From Tagaea sp. (lineage in GTDB: Bacteria > Pseudomonadota > Alphaproteobacteria > CACIAM-22H2), in assembly GCA_965279525.1 (NCBI GenBank), contig CBDIIB010000005.1, positions 1,792,001 to 1,856,000 of the forward strand: a DNA stretch of 64,000 nt, in the 5' to 3' direction. The position numbers and the translations under genes were made by a program. This document shows, piece by piece, positions 1-10,350 of this stretch; within the stretch, counting starts at the first letter, position 1, and each line of letters opens with the position of its first letter. Below the pieces are notes generated by a model. It did no database searches. It was not told where the DNA came from and worked only from the letters and a program-made list of their open reading frames with translations.

Positions 1-114
1 ATATGATTTAATTAACTAATTACCAGTCAAGCAATCTTCTTGGGCAGGGTGTGACAAAAACCGGCGGCCCGCGTCGGGCGTTTCATGCTGCGTTGCAGCA
101 AGCCGGCCCGGCAA

Positions 115-732
115 TCAGTGCGCGAAGATGTCTTCCTCGCCGTAGCCGAGCAGGTCGAGATCGGCGCGCGTGCCGAGGAAATCGAAGCAGGCCTGCGCCA
201 GATGCGTGCGGCCTTCGCGCGCCAGCATGTCGTCGAGCTTCGCCTTGAGCGCATGAAGATAAAGCACGTCGGCGGCGGCGTAGTTGAGCTGGGACTGCGT
301 GAGTTCGGCCGCCCCCCAGTCCGACGACTGCTGCTCCTTCGACAGTTCCTTGCCGATCAGGTCGCGGCACAAATCCTTGAGGCCATGGCGGTCGGTGAAG
401 GTGCGCACCAGGCGCGAGGCGATCTTGGTGCAGTAGATGGGTGCCACGCGCACGCCCAGATACTTCAGGCTCATCGCGATGTCGAAGCGCGCGAAGTGGA
501 AGATCTTCAGCGTCTTCGGGTCGGCGAGCAGCTTCTTGAGGTTGGGGGCGTCGTAGCTGCCCTTGGCGAAACGCACGCAGTGCGCGGTGCCGTCACCCGA
601 CGAGAGCTGCACGACGCAAAGCCGGTCGCGCTCGGGCTTGAGGCCCATCGTCTCGGTGTCGACCGCCACGGAGGGCCCGAGATCGAGGCCGGCCGGCAGG
701 TCGCCCTGATGCAGGTGGACAGTTGCGGCCAT
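115..732 (-). CDS. rnd: Ribonuclease D-like 3'-5' exonuclease (DEDD family)
   Basis: 205-aa ORF with AVDTETMGL (Exo I), FHFARFD (Exo II), QQSSDW and YAAADV (Exo III) motifs. Confidence 0.9.
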   Translation of the reverse strand: MAATVHLHQGDLPAGLDLGPSVAVDTETMGLKPERDRLCVVQLSSGDGTAHCVRFAKGSYDAPNLKKLLADPKTLKIFHFARFDIAMSLKYLGVRVAPIYCTKIASRLVRTFTDRHGLKDLCRDLIGKELSKEQQSSDWGAAELTQSQLNYAAADVLYLHALKAKLDDMLAREGRTHLAQACFDFLGTRADLDLLGYGEEDIFAH

Positions 733-794
733 GCTCGTCAGTTCCGTCCGTGCAAGTCCCGCATCGCTCCGGGCGGAGCGGCGGGAGGGAAAGT

Positions 795-881
795 TGGTGC
801 CCGAGAGAAGACTCGAACTTCCACGACCTTACGGCCACTAGAACCTGAATCTAGCGCGTCTACCAATTCCGCCACCCGGGC
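795..881 (-). tRNA. tRNA-Leu, anticodon CAG
   Basis: Reverse complement reads GCCCGGGTGGCGGAATTGGTAGACGCGCTAGATT-CAG-GTTCTAG...GTTCGAGTC...GGGCACCA; long variable arm and encoded CCA. Confidence 0.97.
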
Positions 882-1066
882 ACCGGGCCTCCACGTCCGG
901 AAAGACGCAGGGGATATCGCTTCGCGCGCGAAGGGCGAACGTGTACGCCGAAGGGCCTCGCGAAGTCAACGGCCCGGAAATCCCTGCCGGAACAAGGCCG
1001 AGCTTGACGTTGCCCGTCTTCGGCTCTATCGCGTGGGTCAGGCTTTTCCGGACAATGGGGTCGAAC

Positions 1067-2020
1067 ATGGAGCCGGGTCGTCGCGTCACCGTATTCGGGG
1101 GTTCGGGCTTCATCGGGCGCCATGTCGTGGGCAAGCTCGCCCGGCAGGGCTTTGTCGTGCGCGCCTGCGTGCGCGATCCCGTCGCCGCAGCGTTCCTCAA
1201 GCCCATGGGCAACGTGGGCCAGGTCGTGCCGATGCGCACGAGCCTTGCCGACGACGATGCTGCCCTTGCCGCCGCCGTCGAGGGATCGGACGCGGTCGTC
1301 AATCTCGTGGGCATCCTTGCCGAAAGCGGCACGCAGACCTTCGCCGCGTTGCAAGCCGAAGGGCCCGCGCGCCTGGCGCGCGTCGCCAAGGCGGCCGGTG
1401 TCGGGTCGTTCGTGCAGGTCTCGGCGCTGGGTGCCGACGCGAATTCCAAATCCGAATACGCGCGCTCCAAGGCAGCCGGCGAAGCCGGCGTGCGCGCTGC
1501 GTTTCCGGCGGCCACCATCATCCGCCCGTCGATCGTGATCGGCACCGAAGACAGCTTCTTCAACCGCTTCGCGCAGATGGCGACGTGGATGCCGGCGTTG
1601 CCGCTGATCGGCGGCGGCGAGACGAAGTTCCAGCCCGTCTATGTCGGCGACGTCGCCGAGGCGGTCGTGCGCGCGATCGGCAATCCGGCCGCACAGGGCA
1701 AGGTCTTCGAGGCCGTGGGGCCGCGCGTCTACACGTTCCGCGAACTGATGGAATACCTGCTCGTCACCATCGACCGCCATCGCGGGCTGATCCCGATCCC
1801 CTGGCCGCTCGCCGAGATCAAGGGAACGATCCTCGGCATGCTGCCGATCAAGTTCCTGACGCGCGACCAGGTCGAGCAGCTCAAGACCGACAATGTCGGC
1901 ACGGGTGCGCCGGGCCTCGAAGCGCTGGGCATCGCGCCCGCCGCGATGGAAGCGGTGGCGCCGGTCTATCTTGCCGCCTATCGCCGCGGCGGACGCTTCG
2001 CCAAGAAGGCGAGCGCCTAA
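1067..2020 (+). CDS. Complex I NDUFA9-family NAD(P)-binding SDR protein
   Basis: VTVFGGSGFIGR Rossmann motif, KPMGNVGQV, YARSK, FQPVYVGDVA; start taken at ATG 1067 (1055 also possible). Confidence 0.88.
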   Translation: MEPGRRVTVFGGSGFIGRHVVGKLARQGFVVRACVRDPVAAAFLKPMGNVGQVVPMRTSLADDDAALAAAVEGSDAVVNLVGILAESGTQTFAALQAEGPARLARVAKAAGVGSFVQVSALGADANSKSEYARSKAAGEAGVRAAFPAATIIRPSIVIGTEDSFFNRFAQMATWMPALPLIGGGETKFQPVYVGDVAEAVVRAIGNPAAQGKVFEAVGPRVYTFRELMEYLLVTIDRHRGLIPIPWPLAEIKGTILGMLPIKFLTRDQVEQLKTDNVGTGAPGLEALGIAPAAMEAVAPVYLAAYRRGGRFAKKASA

Positions 2021-2026
2021 GCCGAC

Positions 2027-2623
2027 TCAGCGCCGTTCGAGGCGTTCGACGTCGGCCGACAGGCGACGCGCGACGAGCTTCAGGAGCTCGAAGCCGAAAG
2101 CCGGGTTCTGCAGTGCCGTCAGTTCCATGTCGCGCCGCGTCATGCGCGCGAGCGTGACCTTCGTTTTCGCGCGCGCGGTCGCGGTGCGCTTGTGCGAGGG
2201 CACCAGCAGCGCCACCTCGCCCAGCACCTGGCCCGCACCCAGGCTCTTCGACAGTTCCACGATCTCGATCTCGCCGTCGACGATCAGGTACATCTCCTCG
2301 CCCGGATCGCCGCGCTTGAACAGCACCTGGCCGGGCTCGAGCGTCTCGCGGCTGACGAACGCGAAGAGATTGCCGGCCGACGGTTCGCCGTCGCCGGTGA
2401 GCCGGCGCAGCGTGGCGCGCGCCTCGAAATAGCGCCACGCGTTGATCGCCAGCGCCATCGCACAGCCGATCCACAGCCATGCGATCTGGTTCGTCGCACC
2501 CGCCGCGATGCCGAGCAGGCAAGCCGCCATCGCGAAAACGCGCAAGCCCGGCATGGTCCGCATGAACGCGGCGAGCAGGGCGAGTAGGAGGGCCAGCGGC
2601 CCCAGAACGACCGGGATTTCCAT
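2027..2623 (-). CDS. Membrane-anchored cyclic-nucleotide-binding domain protein
   Basis: Hydrophobic N-terminal segments followed by LFKRGDPGEEMYLIVDGEIEI...GEVALL...RTATARA cNMP-binding signature; start at MEIPVV. Confidence 0.82.
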   Translation of the reverse strand: MEIPVVLGPLALLLALLAAFMRTMPGLRVFAMAACLLGIAAGATNQIAWLWIGCAMALAINAWRYFEARATLRRLTGDGEPSAGNLFAFVSRETLEPGQVLFKRGDPGEEMYLIVDGEIEIVELSKSLGAGQVLGEVALLVPSHKRTATARAKTKVTLARMTRRDMELTALQNPAFGFELLKLVARRLSADVERLERR

Positions 2624-2673
2624 CGCGCTGTTGTCGCGCGGAACCGGCGTGCCACGCAAGCGTACCCGGGCAC

Positions 2674-4131
2674 CTAATCGCGCGGACGCAACGCGCGCAC
2701 GCGCAGGGCGCCGTCGGCCGCCGGCACGAAATCCGTCAGGCGCACGCTCTGGGCAAAGAGCGTCGCACCGTGGTGGAGGAAGATCGCCGGCATGTCCGCG
2801 CGCAGCGGCACCATCGCGCGTGCATAGTGTTTCCGGCGTGCGTCGGTGTCGGGTGTGGCGCGCGCCGCGTCGAGGGCGGCGTCGACCGCCGGATGGCAAT
2901 AGCCCGCATCGTTGCGCGCCCCCCGGCAATGGAAATGCGCGTAGGCGCCGTCGTCGGGATCGGGCCCGCCGCGCCAGGCGACGAGGGCCGTGTCGAAATC
3001 GCCGTTCTGCACGCGCTGGGCGGCGGCGGCCGGTCCGAGCACGACAAGGCGGATCGCGATGCCGGCCGCCTGCGCCTGTGCTGCCAGGGCACGCGCCACC
3101 GCGATGTCCTCGCCGCGCGCCGGCACGACCATCTCGAACGCGAGGCCGGCAATACCGGCCGGCGATCCGCCGCGCGGCGCAAGCGCGGTGTCGAAAAGCG
3201 TGCCCGGTGCGCTCCAGCGGTCGCCCGGTTCGTGCGGACCGTTCCCGGCATCGCGCACGAGTGCGGCCCGGTCGAGGGTGCGCTCGAGTGCCGCGCGCGC
3301 TGCCGCGTCGTGCCGGCCGCGTTTCAGGTTGAACAGGATCGCGCGCCAGCCCGGCTCGACGGCGCGCACGACGCGAATGCGCCGGTCGCCGGCAAGATCC
3401 GCGATGTCGGCCGGTGCGATGCCGCCGACAAGATCGAGCGCGCCGGCGCGAAGCCTTGCAAGGCGCAGCGCGGCTTCGCCGACCGGCACGAACGCGACGT
3501 GTGCGAAGGGATAGGCGTCGCGGTCCCAGTGCGCGTCGTCGCGTGCCAGCACCAGCGTGCCGTCGGGCCGGCGTTCCGCGAAACGGTAGGGGCCCGCACA
3601 GGCCGCGTCGTCGGCGTCTTCGGCCGCCGGCCGGGTGATCATGCCGGCCCGCCCGGCAAGTCGGGACAGCAGAGGGGAATAGGCGCGGTCGAGATCGAGA
3701 CGCACGCGCGTCGGCGTTTCGGCCGCGACGTGTGCGACCGCACCAAGCTCGGCGCGCCGGGCCGATTGCGGCAGGCCGCGCGCGCGATCGAGCGATGCCT
3801 TGACCGCGGCGGCGTCGATTGGCGTGCCGTCGGCGAAATTCGCGTCGTCGCGCAGCTCCAGCGTCAGGGTCTTCGCGTCGGCCGCGAAGGTCCAGGTGCG
3901 CGCGAGTGCCGGCACCGGCCGGCCGTCGGCATCGAGGGCGACAAGCGTGTCACACATCGCCGGCAGCAGACTGTCGCCGGCGGCCGTGCGGTCGAGGATC
4001 GGGTCGAGCCCGGACTGCACGCCGGCCACTCCGATGCGCAGCGTGTCGGCCGCGACCGGCGCGAAGCATGCATGGGCCACGAACAAGGCTGCCCATATGC
4101 ATAGTCTCTTTTCGGTACTAATTTTGATCAT
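2674..4131 (-). CDS. ABC transporter substrate-binding protein, family 5 (peptide/nickel)
   Basis: Signal peptide, LDP, PALARTW...LELRDDANFADGTPIDAAAVKASL, GPYRF motifs. Confidence 0.85.
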   Translation of the reverse strand: MIKISTEKRLCIWAALFVAHACFAPVAADTLRIGVAGVQSGLDPILDRTAAGDSLLPAMCDTLVALDADGRPVPALARTWTFAADAKTLTLELRDDANFADGTPIDAAAVKASLDRARGLPQSARRAELGAVAHVAAETPTRVRLDLDRAYSPLLSRLAGRAGMITRPAAEDADDAACAGPYRFAERRPDGTLVLARDDAHWDRDAYPFAHVAFVPVGEAALRLARLRAGALDLVGGIAPADIADLAGDRRIRVVRAVEPGWRAILFNLKRGRHDAAARAALERTLDRAALVRDAGNGPHEPGDRWSAPGTLFDTALAPRGGSPAGIAGLAFEMVVPARGEDIAVARALAAQAQAAGIAIRLVVLGPAAAAQRVQNGDFDTALVAWRGGPDPDDGAYAHFHCRGARNDAGYCHPAVDAALDAARATPDTDARRKHYARAMVPLRADMPAIFLHHGATLFAQSVRLTDFVPAADGALRVRALRPRD

Positions 4132-4285
4132 GATTTTGGCATCGAGGGCGAATTTGGATCGCTTGGGACTTGAGGCTCAAAATTTAGTTAACCGTTACTG
4201 ACCTATTTGTCGTTTTTCACTATTCCAGGCTGGAAAACCTCCTCTATATGAAACTTCCTTTCCCTTCCCGACCAGGACTTTGCCG

Positions 4286-5767
4286 ATGGCGACCACCAGC
4301 AAGATGCTGCACTTCGTCGACACCGACCAGAAGATGCCGGACAAGCGCGCCGCCACCCAGCGCAAGCGCGATTTCGACGAAATCTACGCCGAGTTCGACA
4401 AGGAGTCCGCCGCCACGCAGGCCGGGCGCTGCTCGCAGTGCGGCGTGCCGTTCTGCCAGGTCCATTGCCCGGTCTCGAACAACATCCCCGACTGGCTGAA
4501 GCTGACGGCCGAGGGCCGCCTCGAAGAGGCCTACGAGATCAGCCAGGCGACCAACACATTCCCCGAGATCTGCGGGCGCATCTGCCCGCAGGACCGGCTG
4601 TGCGAGGGCAACTGCGTCATCGAGAAGGGCTTCGATTCCGTCACGATCGGCTCGGTCGAGAAATACATCACCGACACCGCGTTCGAGAAGGGCTGGGTCA
4701 AGCCCGTCAAGCCGCCGGTCGAACGGCCGCAGTCGGTCGGCATCATCGGTGCCGGCCCCGGCGGCATGGCGGCGGCGGACGCGCTCCGCCGCAAGGGCTA
4801 TCAGGTCCATATCTACGACCGCTACGACCGGGCGGGCGGGCTGATGATCTACGGCATCCCGAACTTCAAGCTCGAGAAGGACGTGGTGCAGCGCCGCCAG
4901 AAGCTGTTCGAGGCGGGCGACATCAAGTTCCACCTCAATTTCGAAGTGGGCCGCGACGCCACCCTCGCCGACCTGCGCGCCAAGCACGACGCGATCCTCG
5001 TGGCGACGGGCGTGTACAAGCCGCGTGCCCTCGAAGCGCCCGGCTCGGGCCTTGCCAACATCATCCCCGCGATGACCTACCTGACCGCGTCCAACCGCAA
5101 GGGCCTGGGCGATGCGGTGCCCGAGTTCGACGACGGCACGCTCGACGCCGAAGGCAAGCACGTCGTCGTCATCGGCGGCGGCGACACGGCGATGGACTGC
5201 GTGCGCACGGCCGTGCGCCAGGGCGCCAAGTCGGTGAAGTGTCTCTATCGCCGCGACAAGAAGAACATGCCGGGCTCGCAGCGCGAGGTCTACAACGCCG
5301 AGGAAGAAGGCGTGGAGTTCGTCTGGCTCGCGGCCCCCGAGGCGTTCGTCGCGAAGGCGTCGAAGGGCAAGAAGAAGTCGGGGGCCGAGCCCGTCGGCAC
5401 CGTGCGCGCCTATCGCATGCGCCTGGGCATCGCCGATGCCACCGGCCGGCAGGTGCCCGAGAAGATCGAGGACAGCAATTTCGACCTGCCCTGCGACATC
5501 GCGATCCAGGCGCTGGGCTTCGATCCCGAAGACGTGCCGCAGATGTTCGGCGCACCCGAGCTTGCCGTCACGCGCTGGGGCACGCTGAAAGTGAACCACC
5601 GCACGATGATGACTTCGCTCGACGGCGTGTTCGCCGCCGGCGACATCGTGCGCGGCGCGTCGCTCGTCGTCTGGGCGATCCGCGACGGGCGCGATGCCGC
5701 CGACGCCATGCACAAGTATCTCGCCGCCAAGGCCAAGCCCGCGACGGTCGTCGCGGCGGCCGAGTAG
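4286..5767 (+). CDS. gltD: Glutamate synthase small (NADPH) subunit
   Basis: RCSQCGVPFCQVHCP and GRICPQDRLCEGNC Fe-S motifs, GAGPGG, GGGDTAMD, GDIVRGASLVVWA; directly upstream of gltB. Confidence 0.97.
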   Translation: MATTSKMLHFVDTDQKMPDKRAATQRKRDFDEIYAEFDKESAATQAGRCSQCGVPFCQVHCPVSNNIPDWLKLTAEGRLEEAYEISQATNTFPEICGRICPQDRLCEGNCVIEKGFDSVTIGSVEKYITDTAFEKGWVKPVKPPVERPQSVGIIGAGPGGMAAADALRRKGYQVHIYDRYDRAGGLMIYGIPNFKLEKDVVQRRQKLFEAGDIKFHLNFEVGRDATLADLRAKHDAILVATGVYKPRALEAPGSGLANIIPAMTYLTASNRKGLGDAVPEFDDGTLDAEGKHVVVIGGGDTAMDCVRTAVRQGAKSVKCLYRRDKKNMPGSQREVYNAEEEGVEFVWLAAPEAFVAKASKGKKKSGAEPVGTVRAYRMRLGIADATGRQVPEKIEDSNFDLPCDIAIQALGFDPEDVPQMFGAPELAVTRWGTLKVNHRTMMTSLDGVFAAGDIVRGASLVVWAIRDGRDAADAMHKYLAAKAKPATVVAAAE

Positions 5768-5781
5768 GGAAGGGTCCCGCC

Positions 5782-8700
5782 ATGACCGACCGGATCGACC
5801 AGGGCACGCGCGACGTGCGCGAATTCGAAGCCAACGCCGCGAAGCTGATCGAGGGGCACGCCTACGATCCCGCCGACGAGCACGACGCGTGCGGCGTTGG
5901 CCTGATCGCCGCGATCGACGGCAAGCCGCGCCGCGCCGTGGTCGAGGCGGGCATCGCGGCCCTGAAGGCCGTGTGGCACCGCGGTGCCGTCGACGCCGAC
6001 GGCAAGACCGGCGACGGGGCCGGCATCCATATCGAGATCGCGCAGGACTTCTTCAAGGCGCACATCGCGCGCCAGGGCGTGAAGCCGTCGGACGCGCGCG
6101 TCGCGGTCGGGCAGGTCTTCCTGCCGCGCAACGATCTCGACGGGCAGGAGCGCTGCCGCACCATCGTCGAGACCGAGATCCTGAAGATGGGCTACGCCGT
6201 CTATGGCTGGCGCCAGGTGCCGATCGATACCTCGGTGTGCGGCGAGAAGGCCAACGCCACGCGCCCCGAGATCGAGCAGATCATGGTCCACAACGCGCGC
6301 AACGTGGCCGAGGACCAGTTCGAGCTCGACCTCTATGTCGTGCGCCGGCGCATCGAGAAGCAGGCGCTCGCCGAGAACCTCGTCGATTTCTACATCTGCT
6401 CGCTGTCGTGCCGCTCGATCATCTACAAGGGCATGTTCCTGGCCGAAGTGCTGTCGGTCTTCTATCCCGACCTCACGGACGAACGCTTCGTGTCGTCCTT
6501 CGCGATCTACCACCAGCGCTATTCGACCAACACGTTCCCGACCTGGAAGCTCGCCCAGCCCTTCCGCACGCTCGCGCACAACGGCGAGATCAACACCGTG
6601 CGCGGCAACGTCAACTGGATGAAGAGCCACGAGACGCGCATGGCGCACGAGCTGTTCGGCGCCAGCGTGGACGATCTCAAGCCCGTCGTGCAGCCGGGCT
6701 CGGACTCCGCCCAGATGGACAACGTCTTCGAACTGCTGGTGCGCGGCGGACGCGTGCTGCCGATGGTCAAGACGATGATGATGCCGCAGGCGTGGTCCTA
6801 TGCCGACAAGACGCCGCAGCACATCCGCAACATGTACGCCTACGCGAACTCGGTCATGGAGCCGTGGGACGGCCCGGCCGCCATCGCGGCAACCGACGGC
6901 AAGTGGGTGCTGGCCGGCATGGACCGCAACGGCCTGCGCCCGTGCCGCTACACGATCACCGCCGACGGCATGCTGATCGTGGGTTCCGAAGCCGGCATGG
7001 TGAAGGTCGACGAGCAGAACGTGGTCGAGAAGGGCCGCGTGGGTCCCGGCCAGATGGTCGCGGTCAATCTCGGCGAGGGCAAGTTCTTCCGCGACCACGA
7101 GCTCAAGGAATGGCTCGCGCGCTCGCGCCCGTTCGGCGACTGGACGAAGAACATCACCGTCATCGACCAGATCGTGAAGGCCGATGCCGAACCCAGGCAG
7201 GAACTGGCGCGCGACGAGCTGCGCCGGCGCATGCTCGCGGTCGGCTGGACGCTCGAGGATCTCGAGCTGATCCTGCATCCGATGGTCGAGGACGCCAAGG
7301 AAGCCGTCGGCTCGATGGGCGACGACACGCCCATCGCGGTGCTGTCTGACAAGTTCCGCGGCCTGCATCATTTCTTCCGCCAGAATTTCAGCCAGGTCAC
7401 GAACCCGCCGATCGACAGCTTGCGCGAACGGCGCGTGATGACGCTGCGCACGCGGCTCGGGAATCTGGGCAACATCCTCGACGAGGACGAGAGCCAGTGC
7501 CGCCTGTTGCAGCTCGAAAGCCCCGTGCTGCTGAACGAGGAATTCGAGGCGATGCGCACCTATATGGGTGCCACCGCCGTCGAGGTCGACTGCACGTTCG
7601 ATCCCGCACAGGGCGAATACGCGCTGCGCGATGCGCTGAAGCGCGTCCAGCGCGAGGCCGAGGACGGCGTGCGCGGCGGTGCCGTCCACCTGATCCTGTC
7701 GGACAAGAACCAGGGGCCGACGAAGGCACCCATCCCGATGATCCTTGCCGCCGGCGGCGTGCACACGCATCTGGTGCGCCAGCAGCTGCGCACCTTCACG
7801 TCGCTCAACGTGCGCTCGGGCGAATGCCTCGACGTGCATTTCTTCGCCGTGCTGATCGGCGTGGGCGCCACGACCGTCAACGCGTACCTGGCGCAGGAAG
7901 CCATCGCCGACCGCCACCGGCGCAACCTGTTCCCGGGCATGACCCTCAAGGAATGCGCCGAGCGCTACCGCAAGGCGATCGACGAGGGCCTGCTGAAGAC
8001 GATGTCGAAGATGGGCATCTCCATCGTGTCGTCCTATCGCGGCGGCTACAATTTCGAGACCGTCGGCCTGTCGCGCACGCTGATCTCGGAATTCTTCCCC
8101 GGCATGACGAGCCGGATTTCCGGCATCGGGCTGACCGGCATCCAGAAGAAGGCGGGCGAACTGCACGCCCGCGCGTTCCGCGAAGACGTGATCGCGTTGC
8201 CCGTCGGCGGCTTCTACCGCTTCCGCAAGTCGGGCGAAGCGCATTTCTGGGAAGGCGAGCTCATCCACGTGCTCCAGCGCGCGGTCGAGTCCGACTCCTA
8301 CGCGACATATCGCAAGTTCTCGGAAGGTTGCCGCAAGCTGCCGCCGATCAATTTGCGGGATCTCTTGGACTTCAAGCCGGGCCGCAAGGCGATCCCGGTC
8401 GACGACGTCGAGAGCATCACGGAAATCCGCAAGCGGCTCGTGGCCCCCGGAATCTCGCTGGGCGCCCTCGGGCCGGAAGCACACGAGACGCTGACCATCG
8501 CGATGAACCGGATCGGCGCCAAGTCGGACTCCGGTGAAGGTGGCGAAGATCCGGCCCGCTACCGCCCGCGCCCCAACGGCGACAATGCGTCTTCCGCGAT
8601 CAAGCAGGTCGCCTCGGGGCGCTTCGGCGTGACGGCGGAATACCTCAACAACTGCCGCGAGCTCGAGATCAAGGTGGCGCAGGGTGCCAAGCCCGGCGAG

Positions 8701-10338
8701 GGCGGCCAGCTTCCGGGTGCGAAAGTCACCGACCTGATCGCGCGGCTGCGCCATTCCACGCCCGGCGTCACGCTCATCAGCCCGCCGCCGCACCACGACA
8801 TCTACTCGATCGAGGATCTGGCCCAGCTCATCTATGACCTGAAGCAGATCAATCCCGAAGCGCAGGTGTGCGTGAAGCTGGTGGCGCGCTCGGGCATCGG
8901 CACGATCGCCGCCGGTGTCGCCAAGGCCAAGGCCGACGCGATCCTGATTTCCGGCCATGTCGGCGGGACGGGTGCTTCCCCGCAATCGTCGATCAAGTAC
9001 GCAGGATTGCCATGGGAGATGGGCCTCAGCGAGACCAACCAGGTCCTGACGCTCAACCGCCTGCGCCACCGCGTGAAGCTGCGCGTGGACGGCGGCATCC
9101 GCACCGGGCGCGACGTCGTCGTCGGCGCCATGCTGGGGGCCGACGAGTTCGGCATCGGCACGGCCAGCCTCGTGGCGATGGGCTGCATCATGGTGCGCCA
9201 GTGCCACTCGAACACCTGCCCGGTGGGCGTGTGCACGCAGGACCCCAAGCTGCGCGCCAAGTTCGAGGGAACGCCCGAGAAGGTCGTCAACCTCTTCACC
9301 TTCGTGGCCGAGGAAGTGCGCGAAATCCTTGCCTCGCTCGGCTTCAAGTCGCTGAAGGACGTGATCGGCCGCTCGGACCTGCTCACGCAGGTTCTGCGCG
9401 GCGACGAGAGCCTCGACGATCTCGATCTCAATCCGCTTCTAGTGCAGGCGGACCCGGGCGAATACCCGCGCTATTGCACGCTGGTGGGCCGCAACGAAGT
9501 GCCCGAGACGCTCGACGAGCAGATGATCGCCGACGCGGCACCAGCCCTCGAAGGCGGCGAGAAGATGCAGCTCGCCTACAACATCCGCAACGTCTACCGC
9601 GCGATCGGCACGAAGCTGTCGTCGAAGATCACGCGCAAGTACGGCATGACCGGCCTCAAGCCCGGCCACATCACGATCCGCCTGCGCGGCTCGGCCGGCC
9701 AGTCGCTGGGTGCTTTCGCCGTGCAAGGCATCAAGCTCGAGGTGTTCGGCGATGCCAACGACTATGTCGGCAAGGGCCTGTCGGGCGGCACCATCGTGGT
9801 GCGCCCGGTCACGTCCTCGCCGCTGGTCTCGCAGGCCAACACGATCATCGGCAACACGGTGCTCTATGGCGCCACCGCCGGGCGGCTGTTCGCGGCCGGC
9901 CAGGCGGCCGAACGGTTCGGCGTGCGCAACTCGGGTGCCACCGCCGTGGTCGAGGGCTGCGGCTCCAACGGGCTCGAATACATGACCGGCGGGACGGTCG
10001 CGATCCTGGGTCCGGTCGGCGACAATTTCGGCGCCGGCATGACCGGCGGCATGGCGTTCGTCTATGACGCGGATGGCGGCTTTGCCGACCGCGTCAACAC
10101 CGAGACGGTGATCGTGCAGGGCGTGGAGACCGCGCACTGGGAAGGCGTCTTGAAGGAACTGATCGAAGAGCATGTGCGCGAGACCCAGTCCAAGCACGCG
10201 CGCGGCCTGCTCGCCGACTGGGACCGCGAGGTCGGCAAGTTCCGCCAGGTCGTGCCGAAAGAGATGATGGCGCGCCTCGCGCATCCGGTGCGTCGGGCCG
10301 ATCTCAAGCATTCGCGCCAGCAGGCCGGCGACGACTGA
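5782..10338 (+). CDS. gltB: Glutamate synthase large subunit
   Basis: HDACGVG N-terminal amidotransferase Cys, HQRYSTNT, AHNGEINT, QGAKPGEGGQL, PPPHHDIYSIEDL, CIMVRQCHSNTCPVG, C-terminal GXGXG repeats. Confidence 0.98.
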   Translation: MTDRIDQGTRDVREFEANAAKLIEGHAYDPADEHDACGVGLIAAIDGKPRRAVVEAGIAALKAVWHRGAVDADGKTGDGAGIHIEIAQDFFKAHIARQGVKPSDARVAVGQVFLPRNDLDGQERCRTIVETEILKMGYAVYGWRQVPIDTSVCGEKANATRPEIEQIMVHNARNVAEDQFELDLYVVRRRIEKQALAENLVDFYICSLSCRSIIYKGMFLAEVLSVFYPDLTDERFVSSFAIYHQRYSTNTFPTWKLAQPFRTLAHNGEINTVRGNVNWMKSHETRMAHELFGASVDDLKPVVQPGSDSAQMDNVFELLVRGGRVLPMVKTMMMPQAWSYADKTPQHIRNMYAYANSVMEPWDGPAAIAATDGKWVLAGMDRNGLRPCRYTITADGMLIVGSEAGMVKVDEQNVVEKGRVGPGQMVAVNLGEGKFFRDHELKEWLARSRPFGDWTKNITVIDQIVKADAEPRQELARDELRRRMLAVGWTLEDLELILHPMVEDAKEAVGSMGDDTPIAVLSDKFRGLHHFFRQNFSQVTNPPIDSLRERRVMTLRTRLGNLGNILDEDESQCRLLQLESPVLLNEEFEAMRTYMGATAVEVDCTFDPAQGEYALRDALKRVQREAEDGVRGGAVHLILSDKNQGPTKAPIPMILAAGGVHTHLVRQQLRTFTSLNVRSGECLDVHFFAVLIGVGATTVNAYLAQEAIADRHRRNLFPGMTLKECAERYRKAIDEGLLKTMSKMGISIVSSYRGGYNFETVGLSRTLISEFFPGMTSRISGIGLTGIQKKAGELHARAFREDVIALPVGGFYRFRKSGEAHFWEGELIHVLQRAVESDSYATYRKFSEGCRKLPPINLRDLLDFKPGRKAIPVDDVESITEIRKRLVAPGISLGALGPEAHETLTIAMNRIGAKSDSGEGGEDPARYRPRPNGDNASSAIKQVASGRFGVTAEYLNNCRELEIKVAQGAKPGEGGQLPGAKVTDLIARLRHSTPGVTLISPPPHHDIYSIEDLAQLIYDLKQINPEAQVCVKLVARSGIGTIAAGVAKAKADAILISGHVGGTGASPQSSIKYAGLPWEMGLSETNQVLTLNRLRHRVKLRVDGGIRTGRDVVVGAMLGADEFGIGTASLVAMGCIMVRQCHSNTCPVGVCTQDPKLRAKFEGTPEKVVNLFTFVAEEVREILASLGFKSLKDVIGRSDLLTQVLRGDESLDDLDLNPLLVQADPGEYPRYCTLVGRNEVPETLDEQMIADAAPALEGGEKMQLAYNIRNVYRAIGTKLSSKITRKYGMTGLKPGHITIRLRGSAGQSLGAFAVQGIKLEVFGDANDYVGKGLSGGTIVVRPVTSSPLVSQANTIIGNTVLYGATAGRLFAAGQAAERFGVRNSGATAVVEGCGSNGLEYMTGGTVAILGPVGDNFGAGMTGGMAFVYDADGGFADRVNTETVIVQGVETAHWEGVLKELIEEHVRETQSKHARGLLADWDREVGKFRQVVPKEMMARLAHPVRRADLKHSRQQAGDD

Positions 10339-10350
10339 GCGCCGGTCCCC

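Noticed and set aside
1-30. CtrA site in AT-rich window start
   Set aside because: TTAA/TTAAC half-sites lack the 7-nt spacing and context is truncated
795-881. tRNA-Leu as integration site of the virion cluster
   Set aside because: No duplicated tRNA 3' end or integrase noticed; 14 kb of core genes lie between
85-2157. 690-aa + strand ORF
   Set aside because: Overlaps rnd, tRNA-Leu and the NDUFA9 gene; Arg-rich shadow frame of high-GC DNA
5410-9207. 1265-aa antisense ORF
   Set aside because: Mirror frame of gltB caused by codon bias; no motifs
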